Source: Clostridia bacterium
GTDB taxonomy: Bacteria > Bacillota > Clostridia > Christensenellales > UBA1242
Length of the DNA: 61,220 nt
Assembly: GCA_016297845.1 (NCBI GenBank)
Contig: JAEDFV010000004.1
Coordinates: forward strand, 1-61,220
Direction: 5' to 3'
Shown one piece after another: positions 36,295 to 45,184 of this stretch (position 1 is the first letter of the stretch; each line of letters begins with the position of its first letter). Below the pieces are notes generated by a model that was not told where the DNA came from, did not search any database, and worked only from the letters and a program-made list of their open reading frames with translations. The position numbers and the translations under genes are program-made.

Positions 36295-39200
36295 CTAATT
36301 TTTCAGTTCAATAATAAATTTTTCATCTCCAATCTCAACTTCTTTTTCAAGAGTTGGATTTTCAAGTTTTTCACATATATCTTTTGCCAAAACTTCAGTT
36401 GCAATTCTTGTTTTATAATTTTCAACAATTTCTTTAATTTCTTCGCTTAAATTGTTGAATGCAACAAAAATTCTTTCTTCAACCTTAAATCCTGCCTCTT
36501 TTCTAAGAACTTGGATTGTTCGGATAATTTCTCTTGCAATTCCTTCCCTCATAAGTTCTTTGTCGATTGTTATATCAAGAACAACAGTTTTTTCATTCTC
36601 AGTTGCTATGACATATTCTTCTTTTGCCTTAAATGAAAGAATGAACAAATTTGCATCTAAATCATTAAATGGTCCAACACTAACTTTTCCTTCTTTGTAC
36701 ATTTTCACAAGATTTGCCATTTCATCTTCTGAAATTTCTAGAAGTATTTGTTTAAGTTTTTGAACATCGCCTTTCAAAACCGCTCCAGCACGCTTGAAAT
36801 CGACTGTCAAAAATTCATCATTAAATTTTGTATTATCATGCTCAAAAACAATTTCTTTTATGTTGAGTTCATCTTTAATTATATTTTCAAAAACTTTTGT
36901 TGCTCTCGCAGTTTCTTCTTTTACATTCAAATATAACGTTCTAAGTGGTTGTTTAACCTTTATTTGATTTTCATTTCTGAGTCTTTGAGCAATGGCTATA
37001 ATTTCTCTTACATCTTCTGTTTGTTTGTCAAGGTCGCGGAAACGAGTTTCTGACGCTTGTGGGAAAGATGCAAGGAAAATACTTTCTTGAGAATTTTCTT
37101 CCATTTGGCGAACCATATTTTGCCAGATATATTCCGATAAGAACGGAATAATTGGACTCATAACTTGGCAAACAATTTTTAATGCGTTATAAAGACTCCA
37201 ATAAGCATTTAACTTATCTTCCTCGTCTTCGCTCTTCCAGAAACGTCTTCTGTTTACACGAATGTACCAATTAGTCAAATTGTCAATGAAATTTTCAAAA
37301 TCTTTTACAACCAAGAAATATTTATTTGTTTCATAATTGTTTTGACTTTGTTCAATAAATTTGTTGCATTCTTCAAACAGCCATTTATCTGTTATATCCA
37401 TGCTATCAAAGTTTGGAGCAAATCCATTCAAATTAGGTTTGTCAATTATTGCATACGTATTAAAGAATACATAAGCATTCCACAGCCCAAGAAGTTTTCT
37501 TTTGACTTCGTCAGTAATTCCAAATCCAAAACGTGTGTCATTAAGCATGTTGTTTGATGCAAAGACATAACGTATCACGTCCGCTCCCGTTTTATCGACC
37601 AAGTCGTTAAAACTAATGTTGTTAGGACCTGATTTCGAGAATTTAGACCCATCTTCGGCAACAAGCATAGCAAATCCGATAACTTTCTTATATGGCGCTC
37701 TTCCTTCAAGAGTAACACTCATGAACAAAAGAGAATAAAACCACAATCTAATTTGCTCTTTCATTTCAATTACGCATTCTGCTGGGAAATTCTTTTGCCA
37801 AAATTCTTTGTCAGTAAAATATTTTTTAGTGCTGAAAGGAGTAATCCCAGCGTCAAGCCAGCAATCTCCAACTTCAGGAACACGTTTAACTTTTTCTCCG
37901 CAGTGTGGACAAGTTATTTCAATATCATCAATATATGGTCTATGAAGGTGTGGCAAACTTTCAACTGCCTCTTTGCTTGACAATTTTTCAAGTTCTTCTA
38001 AACTGCCAACGACAACCAATTCACCACATTTTTCGCAACGATAGAAAGGAAGAGGCAATCCATAGAATCTTTTTCTTGAAATGTTCCAATCGCCCATATT
38101 TGTGAGCCAATCAAGCATTCTCTTTTTCATAAACTCTGGTTGCCACTCAACTGTGTCAACCGCTTCAATCAAAAGAGGTCTGATTTCATCGGCCTTAATA
38201 TACCACTCTTTTGTAAGTCTGAAAATTAAAGGTTTTTTACATCTCCAACAAATTGGATATCTGTGTTTGTATTTATGTGTGTAATATAATTTTCCACGCT
38301 TTTTTAATTCGTCAAAAACAATATCAGCCACTTCATTTGTATCCTTTCCAGCAAGGAATCCAAAATTTGAATAGAAAATTCCATTTTCATCAACTGGGCA
38401 AACATTTGGCAAACCAAGTCTTTGACCAAGTTCAAAATCTTCTGCTCCGCAACCAGGTGCTATGTGAACAGCCCCAGAACCTTCAACAGCATCAACATCT
38501 TCCCATGCGACAATTTTATGTTCAAAATTTTGTTCTTGAAGTTCAGGGAAACAAGTTTCATATTCTCTCCCAACAAGTTCTTTTCCTTTAACTTCTTTTT
38601 CAATTGAAATTAAATCATCTCTAAGAACCTTAATAGCACTCTTTCCAACAACTAAAAATCTATCGCTAGATTTTACTTTGCAAACACAATATTCAAGTTC
38701 TGGATTAACAGCTATTGCAACATTTGAAGATAATGTCCAAGGCGTTGTTGTCCAAACAAGCATGTCCAAATTACTGTTTAAAATTGGAAGTTTAAAGAAA
38801 ACAGCAGTATGTTCCATGTCTTGATAACTGTCAGCAAGTTCGTGTTCTGAAAGGGAAGTTCCGCAATGACTACACCATGGCATTGGACGATATTTTTCAA
38901 TCAACCAACCTTTTTCATGACATTTTTTCAAGAAATACCAAATTGTAGTTATGTTTGTGTCAGAGTTGGTAAAATAAGAATCTTCCCAATTCATCCATTG
39001 TCCAAGTCTTTCAGATTGTTTGGCAATTATTGAAGCAAAGTTTTTAACTCTTGAAATACATTCTTCAGTAAATTTGTCCATTCCAAAATTTATGATATCT
39101 CGTTTATCTCTAAGTCCAAGTGCCTTTTCTGTTCCAACTTCAACCCAAAGTCCTTGTGCGTCAAAACCGTTTTGATAATGCATATCAAAACCTTGGAGTG

Positions 39201-39417
39201 CTTTATATCTAAGCATAATATCTTTGAGAGACCTGTTCCAGCAATGGTGCAACTTCATTTCGTTATTTGCAGTAATTGGACCGTCTAAGAAAGCATAATA
39301 TTTCCCAGTCTTTTTATTTTTTTCTTGCAATTTCTTGAAAATGTCATTATCTTTCCAGAATTTCAATGTTTCTTCTTCATTTTTAACTAAATTAGGCATT
39401 GCGACTTCTTTTTTCAT
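36295..39417 (-). CDS. ileS: isoleucine-tRNA ligase, long (type 2-like) form
   Basis: 1040 aa with TTPWTLSSN, VHIAPGCGAEDF, WNISRKRFYGLPLP, RVPEVGDCWLDAG and KFSKS. Confidence 0.9.
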   Translation of the reverse strand: MKKEVAMPNLVKNEEETLKFWKDNDIFKKLQEKNKKTGKYYAFLDGPITANNEMKLHHCWNRSLKDIMLRYKALQGFDMHYQNGFDAQGLWVEVGTEKALGLRDKRDIINFGMDKFTEECISRVKNFASIIAKQSERLGQWMNWEDSYFTNSDTNITTIWYFLKKCHEKGWLIEKYRPMPWCSHCGTSLSEHELADSYQDMEHTAVFFKLPILNSNLDMLVWTTTPWTLSSNVAIAVNPELEYCVCKVKSSDRFLVVGKSAIKVLRDDLISIEKEVKGKELVGREYETCFPELQEQNFEHKIVAWEDVDAVEGSGAVHIAPGCGAEDFELGQRLGLPNVCPVDENGIFYSNFGFLAGKDTNEVADIVFDELKKRGKLYYTHKYKHRYPICWRCKKPLIFRLTKEWYIKADEIRPLLIEAVDTVEWQPEFMKKRMLDWLTNMGDWNISRKRFYGLPLPFYRCEKCGELVVVGSLEELEKLSSKEAVESLPHLHRPYIDDIEITCPHCGEKVKRVPEVGDCWLDAGITPFSTKKYFTDKEFWQKNFPAECVIEMKEQIRLWFYSLLFMSVTLEGRAPYKKVIGFAMLVAEDGSKFSKSGPNNISFNDLVDKTGADVIRYVFASNNMLNDTRFGFGITDEVKRKLLGLWNAYVFFNTYAIIDKPNLNGFAPNFDSMDITDKWLFEECNKFIEQSQNNYETNKYFLVVKDFENFIDNLTNWYIRVNRRRFWKSEDEEDKLNAYWSLYNALKIVCQVMSPIIPFLSEYIWQNMVRQMEENSQESIFLASFPQASETRFRDLDKQTEDVREIIAIAQRLRNENQIKVKQPLRTLYLNVKEETARATKVFENIIKDELNIKEIVFEHDNTKFNDEFLTVDFKRAGAVLKGDVQKLKQILLEISEDEMANLVKMYKEGKVSVGPFNDLDANLFILSFKAKEEYVIATENEKTVVLDITIDKELMREGIAREIIRTIQVLRKEAGFKVEERIFVAFNNLSEEIKEIVENYKTRIATEVLAKDICEKLENPTLEKEVEIGDEKFIIELKN

Positions 39418-39440
39418 TTTTATTCTCCTGTTTTAATCGT

Positions 39441-39478
39441 AAAAAAAATTCGTAAGTGAAATTACTTAAACGAATTTT
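39441..39478 (-). terminator. terminator after era, abutting the ileS ribosome-binding site
   Basis: On the minus strand, AAAATTCGT(TT)AAGT-AATTTC-ACTTACGAATTTT followed by T-run, about 20 nt before the AGGAGA of ileS. Confidence 0.7.
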
Positions 39479-39511
39479 AGCACATATTACTTAATTAATC
39501 AAATATTTTAT

Positions 39512-40384
39512 TTAATTATAGCCATTAGCAATCAAAAAATTTTGTTTATTTCTCCAATCTTTTTCAACCTTAACATACAAATTGAGCATAACCTTTTTGT
39601 CGAGAAGTTTTTCCATATCAATTCGTGCGCTTGCACCAATTCGTTTGAGAGAACTTCCACCCTTTCCGATTATGATGGATTTGTGAGAATCTTTTTCACA
39701 AATTATGTCAACTGATATTTCAACAAGATTATGCTTTTCTTTAAAAGAAACAACCTCACACATCACACCATGTGGAATCTCTTGATTTGTGTAATTTAAA
39801 ACTTTTTCGCGAACAATTTCAGCACACAAAAAATTCGTAGATTTATCAGTTATTTCATCTTCTGGGAAAATGTAATCTCCACTTGGCAGAAGAGAAACAA
39901 TGGCATTTTTCAAGACATCTAAATTTTGTTTCTTTAGCGATGAAATTGGCACAATTTCATTTGCATTAATTTCGTTTAATTTAACCAAATTTTCAGCGAG
40001 TTTTTCCTTTGAAACAAGGTCAATTTTGCTTACTGCAATTATTAAATTTTCATTCTTTTCTTTTAATTTTTTTATGTTGTCAAATTCTTCATCGGAAATT
40101 AATTTTCTCCCATCAATCAAATAGACAACAACATCTGCTCCTTCGCTTGCACTTCGAACATTTTTGTTCATAAATTTGTCGAGTGCATTTTTTGATTTGT
40201 GTATTCCTGGTGTGTCAACAAAGACAATTTGATATCCATTTTCAGTTAGAACACCGAGCACATTGTTTCGAGTTGTTTGTTGTTTTGAAGAAACAATATT
40301 AAGTTTTATTCCAAGAAATTTATTAATAAGGGTGCTTTTCCCAGCATTTGTTCTGCCCACAACTGCAACATATCCCGCTTTCAT
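39512..40384 (-). CDS. era: GTPase Era
   Basis: GRTNAGKSTL, DTPG and SKID; C-terminal KH domain IIIGKGGSSLKRIG. Confidence 0.95.
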   Translation of the reverse strand: MKAGYVAVVGRTNAGKSTLINKFLGIKLNIVSSKQQTTRNNVLGVLTENGYQIVFVDTPGIHKSKNALDKFMNKNVRSASEGADVVVYLIDGRKLISDEEFDNIKKLKEKNENLIIAVSKIDLVSKEKLAENLVKLNEINANEIVPISSLKKQNLDVLKNAIVSLLPSGDYIFPEDEITDKSTNFLCAEIVREKVLNYTNQEIPHGVMCEVVSFKEKHNLVEISVDIICEKDSHKSIIIGKGGSSLKRIGASARIDMEKLLDKKVMLNLYVKVEKDWRNKQNFLIANGYN

Positions 40385-40842
40385 CTCTTTTCTCCATTTT
40401 CTTCTAAAATTTCTTTAGCAATTCTCATCATAACTTCTTCATCTTCTTTTTCAATATGGTCATATCCAAGAAGATGCAAAAATCCATGAAGCGCCAAAAA
40501 ACAAAGTTCTCTTTCCAAACTATGACCATATTCTTTTGCTTGCTTAATAGCAACCTTTTTACAAATCACTATGTCTCCAAGAAATATAAAATCTTCGTCT
40601 GGCATAGGTTCTTTTGATAGTTCATACATCGGAAAAGAAAGGACATCTGTCGCCCTGTCAACATTTCTAAATTTTACATTGAGCGCATTTATTTCTTCTT
40701 CTGACACAAATCTTATATCTGCCCCAAAAAACTTTTCTTCACTCTTTTTTCCGTATTTTTTTATAAGTGCATCAGTAAATAATTTTTTAATTTTTTTCTT
40801 AAAACACAAACAATGCACATTTTTAAATTGAATTTCAATCAT
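40381..40842 (-). CDS. ybeY: rRNA maturation endoribonuclease YbeY
   Basis: HGFLHLLGYDH. Start taken at ATG 40842; the alternative ATG 40860 also lacks an SD. Confidence 0.9.
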   Translation of the reverse strand: MIEIQFKNVHCLCFKKKIKKLFTDALIKKYGKKSEEKFFGADIRFVSEEEINALNVKFRNVDRATDVLSFPMYELSKEPMPDEDFIFLGDIVICKKVAIKQAKEYGHSLERELCFLALHGFLHLLGYDHIEKEDEEVMMRIAKEILEENGEKR

Positions 40843-40884
40843 GTTTATATAATAACACATATCTTTTATAATTAAAACAATTTT

Positions 40885-42051
40885 TTAATCAGAAATTATT
40901 CTTTGCACAGTTATGGAATAGCTTACAACAGTTTTTCCGTCACGAGTAAAGGTGATATAATTTTCAGATTTAATTTCATCATTGTCCATCAATCTTGATT
41001 TTGCCAAATTTTTTGCCTCTTCAACAACTTCGCTTTCAACATCAGAAAAACTCTGAACAATTGTTTTAGTTTGAAGTTCATAGTATGTTGTTAGAACATA
41101 TTTAATTGGAAGAATGTAGTCAGATAAATATTCTTCTCTTGTCTCCATATCATAATATACAAAAGGCATTTCTTCTTTTGTTGTAGTAATTTCTTTATCT
41201 AAAAAAGTCATTTTTCGCTCTGTAACAAAATTTCCAGTTCGTTCCGTTATCTGCTTTGTTTCTTGAAACGTTGCTTCACCTGAAAGCCAAACATCTGCTG
41301 TTATAATTGCTTTAGGCTCAATTGAAATTTTATTTCCTGAGGAATCAAAAACATATGGAGCAACAAGTGGGTCTCCCGCATGAACAGTGTCTCCAACTTT
41401 CACAAGTAAAGTTCCTTGAATTAATTTTATCTCGGTTATAATTCCGTCTTCAGTTGCGACAAGCGAATTTGTTTTGTCCAAATCTTCATATTCTTTATTA
41501 AGCAATTTTTCTTTTATATTTACAATCAAAGACGATCCGCGTTTCACAACGCTCACCAAACTTATTTCATCAAAATTGTCCAAGATAATTCTTTCAATTT
41601 CATCGTTTGTTTTTGAATTGAGCGGTGATAAAATTCCTGCACCATTTTCTGCCAATACATTAACAATTTCTTCAGTTGAACTTTGAGTGTTTCCGACAAC
41701 TTCAATTTTAAGAGTATATCTACTTCCAACTATATAAAGGCAAAAACAAATGAAAATTCCGACAACTATTCCCAATCTTTTTATTAAAAATTTCCCCATT
41801 TTTGCAGTGCCATTATATTTTTTGTCAACAATCTCAATATTTTTGCTTTTTAAGAACTCAACAACATATTTTTCATCTGACAACAAAATTTCAATCTCGG
41901 AATTTTTAACATCTCTTTTAATAACAGAAAAAATCTTAACGTTTTTACTTGAAATTATGTTAAGCCATCTTTCCAAATTATATCCAGAAAGAAAAAGTGT
42001 GACACTTCTTCTATAACTTCGTTTTTCTTTTTTTTTGCATATTTTTTTCAC
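40885..42051 (-). CDS. yqfD: sporulation protein YqfD
   Basis: The architecture (N-terminal domain, single TM around aa 95-115, C-terminal domain) and the yqfC-yqfD-...-ybeY-era order match B. subtilis. Confidence 0.75.
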   Translation of the reverse strand: MKKICKKKEKRSYRRSVTLFLSGYNLERWLNIISSKNVKIFSVIKRDVKNSEIEILLSDEKYVVEFLKSKNIEIVDKKYNGTAKMGKFLIKRLGIVVGIFICFCLYIVGSRYTLKIEVVGNTQSSTEEIVNVLAENGAGILSPLNSKTNDEIERIILDNFDEISLVSVVKRGSSLIVNIKEKLLNKEYEDLDKTNSLVATEDGIITEIKLIQGTLLVKVGDTVHAGDPLVAPYVFDSSGNKISIEPKAIITADVWLSGEATFQETKQITERTGNFVTERKMTFLDKEITTTKEEMPFVYYDMETREEYLSDYILPIKYVLTTYYELQTKTIVQSFSDVESEVVEEAKNLAKSRLMDNDEIKSENYITFTRDGKTVVSYSITVQRIISD

Positions 42052-42309
42052 TTAATTAACCTCAATTTTATCAATTTCACCTGAAATACTAAGTGTCCCC
42101 AAAGACATTTCTTTAAGTTTTAAATCCTTCCCATAAACACTTACTATTTTGTTTTTTACACGAAAAACAATTTGGTCTTCCATAAGAGAAATAAGACCTT
42201 TTTGTCCCTCAACATAAACTGCTTTTCCGTTAATATTAACTATGTTATATTCCCCATCAAAATCAGGGATTTTAAGTTCTTTTTTTATTTCCGAAAAGAA
42301 GTTGAACAT
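42052..42309 (-). CDS. yqfC: sporulation protein YqfC (YabP/YqfC family)
   Basis: 85 aa with IVFRVKNKIVSVYGKDLKLKEMSLGTLSISGEIDKIEV, typical of the YabP/YqfC fold. It lies immediately upstream of yqfD. Confidence 0.75.
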   Translation of the reverse strand: MFNFFSEIKKELKIPDFDGEYNIVNINGKAVYVEGQKGLISLMEDQIVFRVKNKIVSVYGKDLKLKEMSLGTLSISGEIDKIEVN

Positions 42310-42326
42310 GATTTTCTCCCTAAATA

Positions 42327-42355
42327 AATTTATGCTCCAGACGAATAAAATAGAC
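42327..42355 (-). promoter_or_regulatory. possible sigma-E-like (mother-cell) promoter for yqfC-yqfD
   Basis: On the minus strand, GTCTATT, 14 nt, CATAAATT, about 18 nt upstream of the ATG. It only partly matches the -35 ..ATATT / -10 CATACA-T consensus. Confidence 0.25.
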
Positions 42356-42402
42356 GTTTTTGCAAAGACTAAAATCAGCGAATGAGCTAAAAGGAGAAAA
42401 AT

Positions 42403-42588
42403 ATGAAAGAAGGATTTATTTTTGGAGTTATGATTGGAGGATTAGCCGGCATCGCATTACATAAATATTGCAAAAGTGTTCAAAGAATTGCAGATAAAGG
42501 CGAAAAAATGATGATTGAAGAAGTTGAAATGATTAAAAAAGAAACAAAATCAGGCTCAAATCACACTGCAAAAAAACAAAATCAATAA
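42403..42588 (+). CDS. small membrane-anchored protein (61 aa), YtxH-like
   Basis: AAGGAGA SD; N-terminal helix GFIFGVMIGGLAGIAL followed by a charged tail. Confidence 0.55.
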   Translation: MKEGFIFGVMIGGLAGIALHKYCKSVQRIADKGEKMMIEEVEMIKKETKSGSNHTAKKQNQ

Positions 42589-42589
42589 A

Positions 42590-42615
42590 AAAACACGCTA
42601 AAATGCGTGTTTTTT
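42590..42615. terminator. bidirectional terminator between the 61-aa gene and clpC
   Basis: ACACGC-loop-GCGTGT flanked by an A-run and a T-run. Confidence 0.75.
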
Positions 42616-45082
42616 AATTTTCTTCATGATTTTCTTGAGTTTCTTCATTTTTGAAAGTCAATTTATTATTTTCATAATCTATTATAATGCTCCCAGACTT
42701 TTCAAGTTCGCCAAGAAGAATTTTTTCTGCTATTGTGTCTTCAACATGTTGTTGAATAAATCTTCTCAGAGGTCTTGCTCCATATTCTGCATCAGCACCT
42801 TGACTTACGATATAATTTAGTGCTCTTCCAGTAAGCTTCAATTCAATTCCTTGTTTTTGAAGTCGTTTATTTATATTTTTCATCAAAATTTTTGCAATCT
42901 TAGTGAAATCTTCCATTGTTAGTGAATGGAACACACATGTCACATCAATTCTATTAAGGAACTCTGGTTTAAATTTCTTTCTCAATGCATCAATGTAGAT
43001 ATGTTTAATTTCGTCAAACGACTCTTTGCCTTCTTCTCCGTCACCTGCTTCAAATCCAAGATGTGAACGTTTAACAACTTCGCTTGCGCCAACATTACTT
43101 GTCATAATTATTATTGTGTTTCGGAAATTCACTGTTCGTCCTTGTGAATCGGTTAAACGCCCATCATCAAGAATTTGGAGAAGTGCGTTAAAGATGTCAG
43201 GATGCGCCTTTTCAATTTCATCAAAAAGCACAACACAATATGGTTTTCGTCTAACTGCTTCCGTCAACTGTCCACCTTCATCAAACCCAACATATCCTGG
43301 AGGCGCACCAATCAGTTTCGCAACTGAATGTGGCTCCATATATTCGCTCATGTCCAAACGAACAATATTGTTTTCATTATCAAACATTGCTTCAGCAATT
43401 GCTTTTGACAGTTCTGTTTTCCCAACACCTGTTGGCCCCATAAACAAGAATGAACCTATTGGGCGTTTTGCATCTTGAAGACCAACACGGCTTCTTCTAA
43501 TTGCCTTTGCAACTGCCTCAACTGCCTCGTCTTGACCAACAACACGTTTGTGTAAAATGGCTTCAAGGTTGACAAGTTTTTCTTTTTCTGTTTCAGTAAT
43601 TTTATTAACAGGAATCCCCGTCCATCTTGAAACAACATCTGCAATTTCGTTTGCACCTATGGAGTTAACCTTTTCATTCTTGCTTGTTTTTATGTTAAGT
43701 TTTTCAAGTTCGTTTTCAAGTTTTACAATTTCTGACTGGATTTTTGCAGCTTTTTCATAATTACGTTCCAAACTTGCTTCGTCACGCGATGCTTGAAGTT
43801 GTTTAAGTTTGTCTTCTTTTTCGCGGATATTTGCAGGTTTCAAACTGAAATTTACTTTTGCCTTGCTTGATGCTTCATCAATTAGGTCAATCGCCTTATC
43901 TGGCAAACTTCTGTCCATGATATATCTATCCGAGAGCGTTGCCGCCGCCTCAATTGCTTCATCTGTTATTTTAACTTTATGGAAAGCTTCATAGCTGTCA
44001 CGAAGTCCTTTCAAGATTTCTATTGTTTGAACAACAGTTGGTGGCTCAACTACAATTGGTTGGAATCTTCTTTCAAGCGCCTTGTCCTTTTCAATGAACT
44101 TTCTATATTCATCTGTTGTTGTGGCACCAATTGTTTGAAGTTCTCCACGTGAGAGATATGGCTTTAACATATCAGATGGACTGGTTTCTCCCTTTTCTGC
44201 CCCTGCTTGAGCAAGTGTGTGGATTTCATCAATAAACACAATTATGTTCTTGTTTGCAATAATTGTTTCAATTGCATCTTTTAATTTTTCTTCCATCGCT
44301 CCACGATATTTAGTTCCCGCCATCAAACTTCCAATTTCAAGTGAAAAAATCTCTTTGTTTTTCAACAATTCAGGAACTTCCCCACGAACAATGGCAAGTG
44401 CAAGCCCTTCAACAACCGCCGTTTTTCCAACACCTGCTTCTCCAATTAAACATGGATTATTTTTTGTTTTTCGGCAAAGTATTTCAATTACCCTTTCAAT
44501 TTCTTTCTCACGTCCAATTATAGGGTCAATTTTTCCTTGCCTTGCTTTCAAAGTGAAGTCACTTCCAATCTCCAAAAGTTTTTCTGGGAGATTAGATTGT
44601 TTTTGACTATCTTGATTTGATATCTCATTTTCTTGATTTTTGTCGTTATAGTTCCCACCTTGAAGAAAAGCAATAACCTTATTTTTCAATTCTGAGACAT
44701 TTATTTTAAAATATGATGTCAACAATCTTGTGGCAAAACAATCTGAAGAAGACAAAAGCGCAAGAAGAAGATGTTCAGTTCCGAGGAAATTATGTCCAAG
44801 TTGCATGGCAATTGTTTGAGCTATTTTAAAAATTTCTTTAACTCCAGGAGTCAAAACAACACTGTCAAAGAATGTCTCTTCTTCATTGTTTTCTCTAAAG
44901 ATATTTAATAACTTTGCGTCTGTTATTCCATATTCTTTTAAGATTTTTTTTGCAGTGCAAGATACTTTTGTCAATCCATAAAGAATATGCTCAGTTTCAA
45001 CCATATCTCCGCCAAATCTGAGAGCAACTGCGCTTGCTTCCATTAATACTTTTTCTAAACTTTCACTGGTTTCTAAAAACAT
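42614..45082 (-). CDS. clpC: ATP-dependent Clp protease ATP-binding subunit ClpC
   Basis: Two Clp_N repeats, Walker A motifs GEAGVGKTA and GPTGVGKTE, and a short UVR-like linker. Start at ATG 45082 with an AGAGGGGG SD. Confidence 0.92.
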   Translation of the reverse strand: MFLETSESLEKVLMEASAVALRFGGDMVETEHILYGLTKVSCTAKKILKEYGITDAKLLNIFRENNEEETFFDSVVLTPGVKEIFKIAQTIAMQLGHNFLGTEHLLLALLSSSDCFATRLLTSYFKINVSELKNKVIAFLQGGNYNDKNQENEISNQDSQKQSNLPEKLLEIGSDFTLKARQGKIDPIIGREKEIERVIEILCRKTKNNPCLIGEAGVGKTAVVEGLALAIVRGEVPELLKNKEIFSLEIGSLMAGTKYRGAMEEKLKDAIETIIANKNIIVFIDEIHTLAQAGAEKGETSPSDMLKPYLSRGELQTIGATTTDEYRKFIEKDKALERRFQPIVVEPPTVVQTIEILKGLRDSYEAFHKVKITDEAIEAAATLSDRYIMDRSLPDKAIDLIDEASSKAKVNFSLKPANIREKEDKLKQLQASRDEASLERNYEKAAKIQSEIVKLENELEKLNIKTSKNEKVNSIGANEIADVVSRWTGIPVNKITETEKEKLVNLEAILHKRVVGQDEAVEAVAKAIRRSRVGLQDAKRPIGSFLFMGPTGVGKTELSKAIAEAMFDNENNIVRLDMSEYMEPHSVAKLIGAPPGYVGFDEGGQLTEAVRRKPYCVVLFDEIEKAHPDIFNALLQILDDGRLTDSQGRTVNFRNTIIIMTSNVGASEVVKRSHLGFEAGDGEEGKESFDEIKHIYIDALRKKFKPEFLNRIDVTCVFHSLTMEDFTKIAKILMKNINKRLQKQGIELKLTGRALNYIVSQGADAEYGARPLRRFIQQHVEDTIAEKILLGELEKSGSIIIDYENNKLTFKNEETQENHEEN

Positions 45083-45109
45083 ACGTACCCCCTCTTTATT
45101 GTTTCCACA

Positions 45110-45138
45110 ATTATACAATAAATTCTTTTCCTTGTTAA
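45110..45138 (-). promoter_or_regulatory. sigma-A-type promoter for clpC
   Basis: On the minus strand, TTAACA (45138-45133), 17 nt, TATAAT (45115-45110). Confidence 0.55.
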
Positions 45139-45184
45139 GTGTTTTTTAACATTATTTAAAAATTTTCAAGCATATCATACATTA

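Noticed and set aside
39418-39511. T-box riboswitch upstream of ileS (and likewise upstream of cysS at 51987-52008).
   Set aside because: The gaps are 94 nt and 22 nt, far shorter than a T-box leader. I saw no T-box consensus (AATTAGGGTGGTACCGCG-like) sequence.
45083-45184. CtsR operator upstream of clpC.
   Set aside because: No GGTCAAA direct repeat is present. clpC here is monocistronic, without ctsR-mcsA-mcsB.
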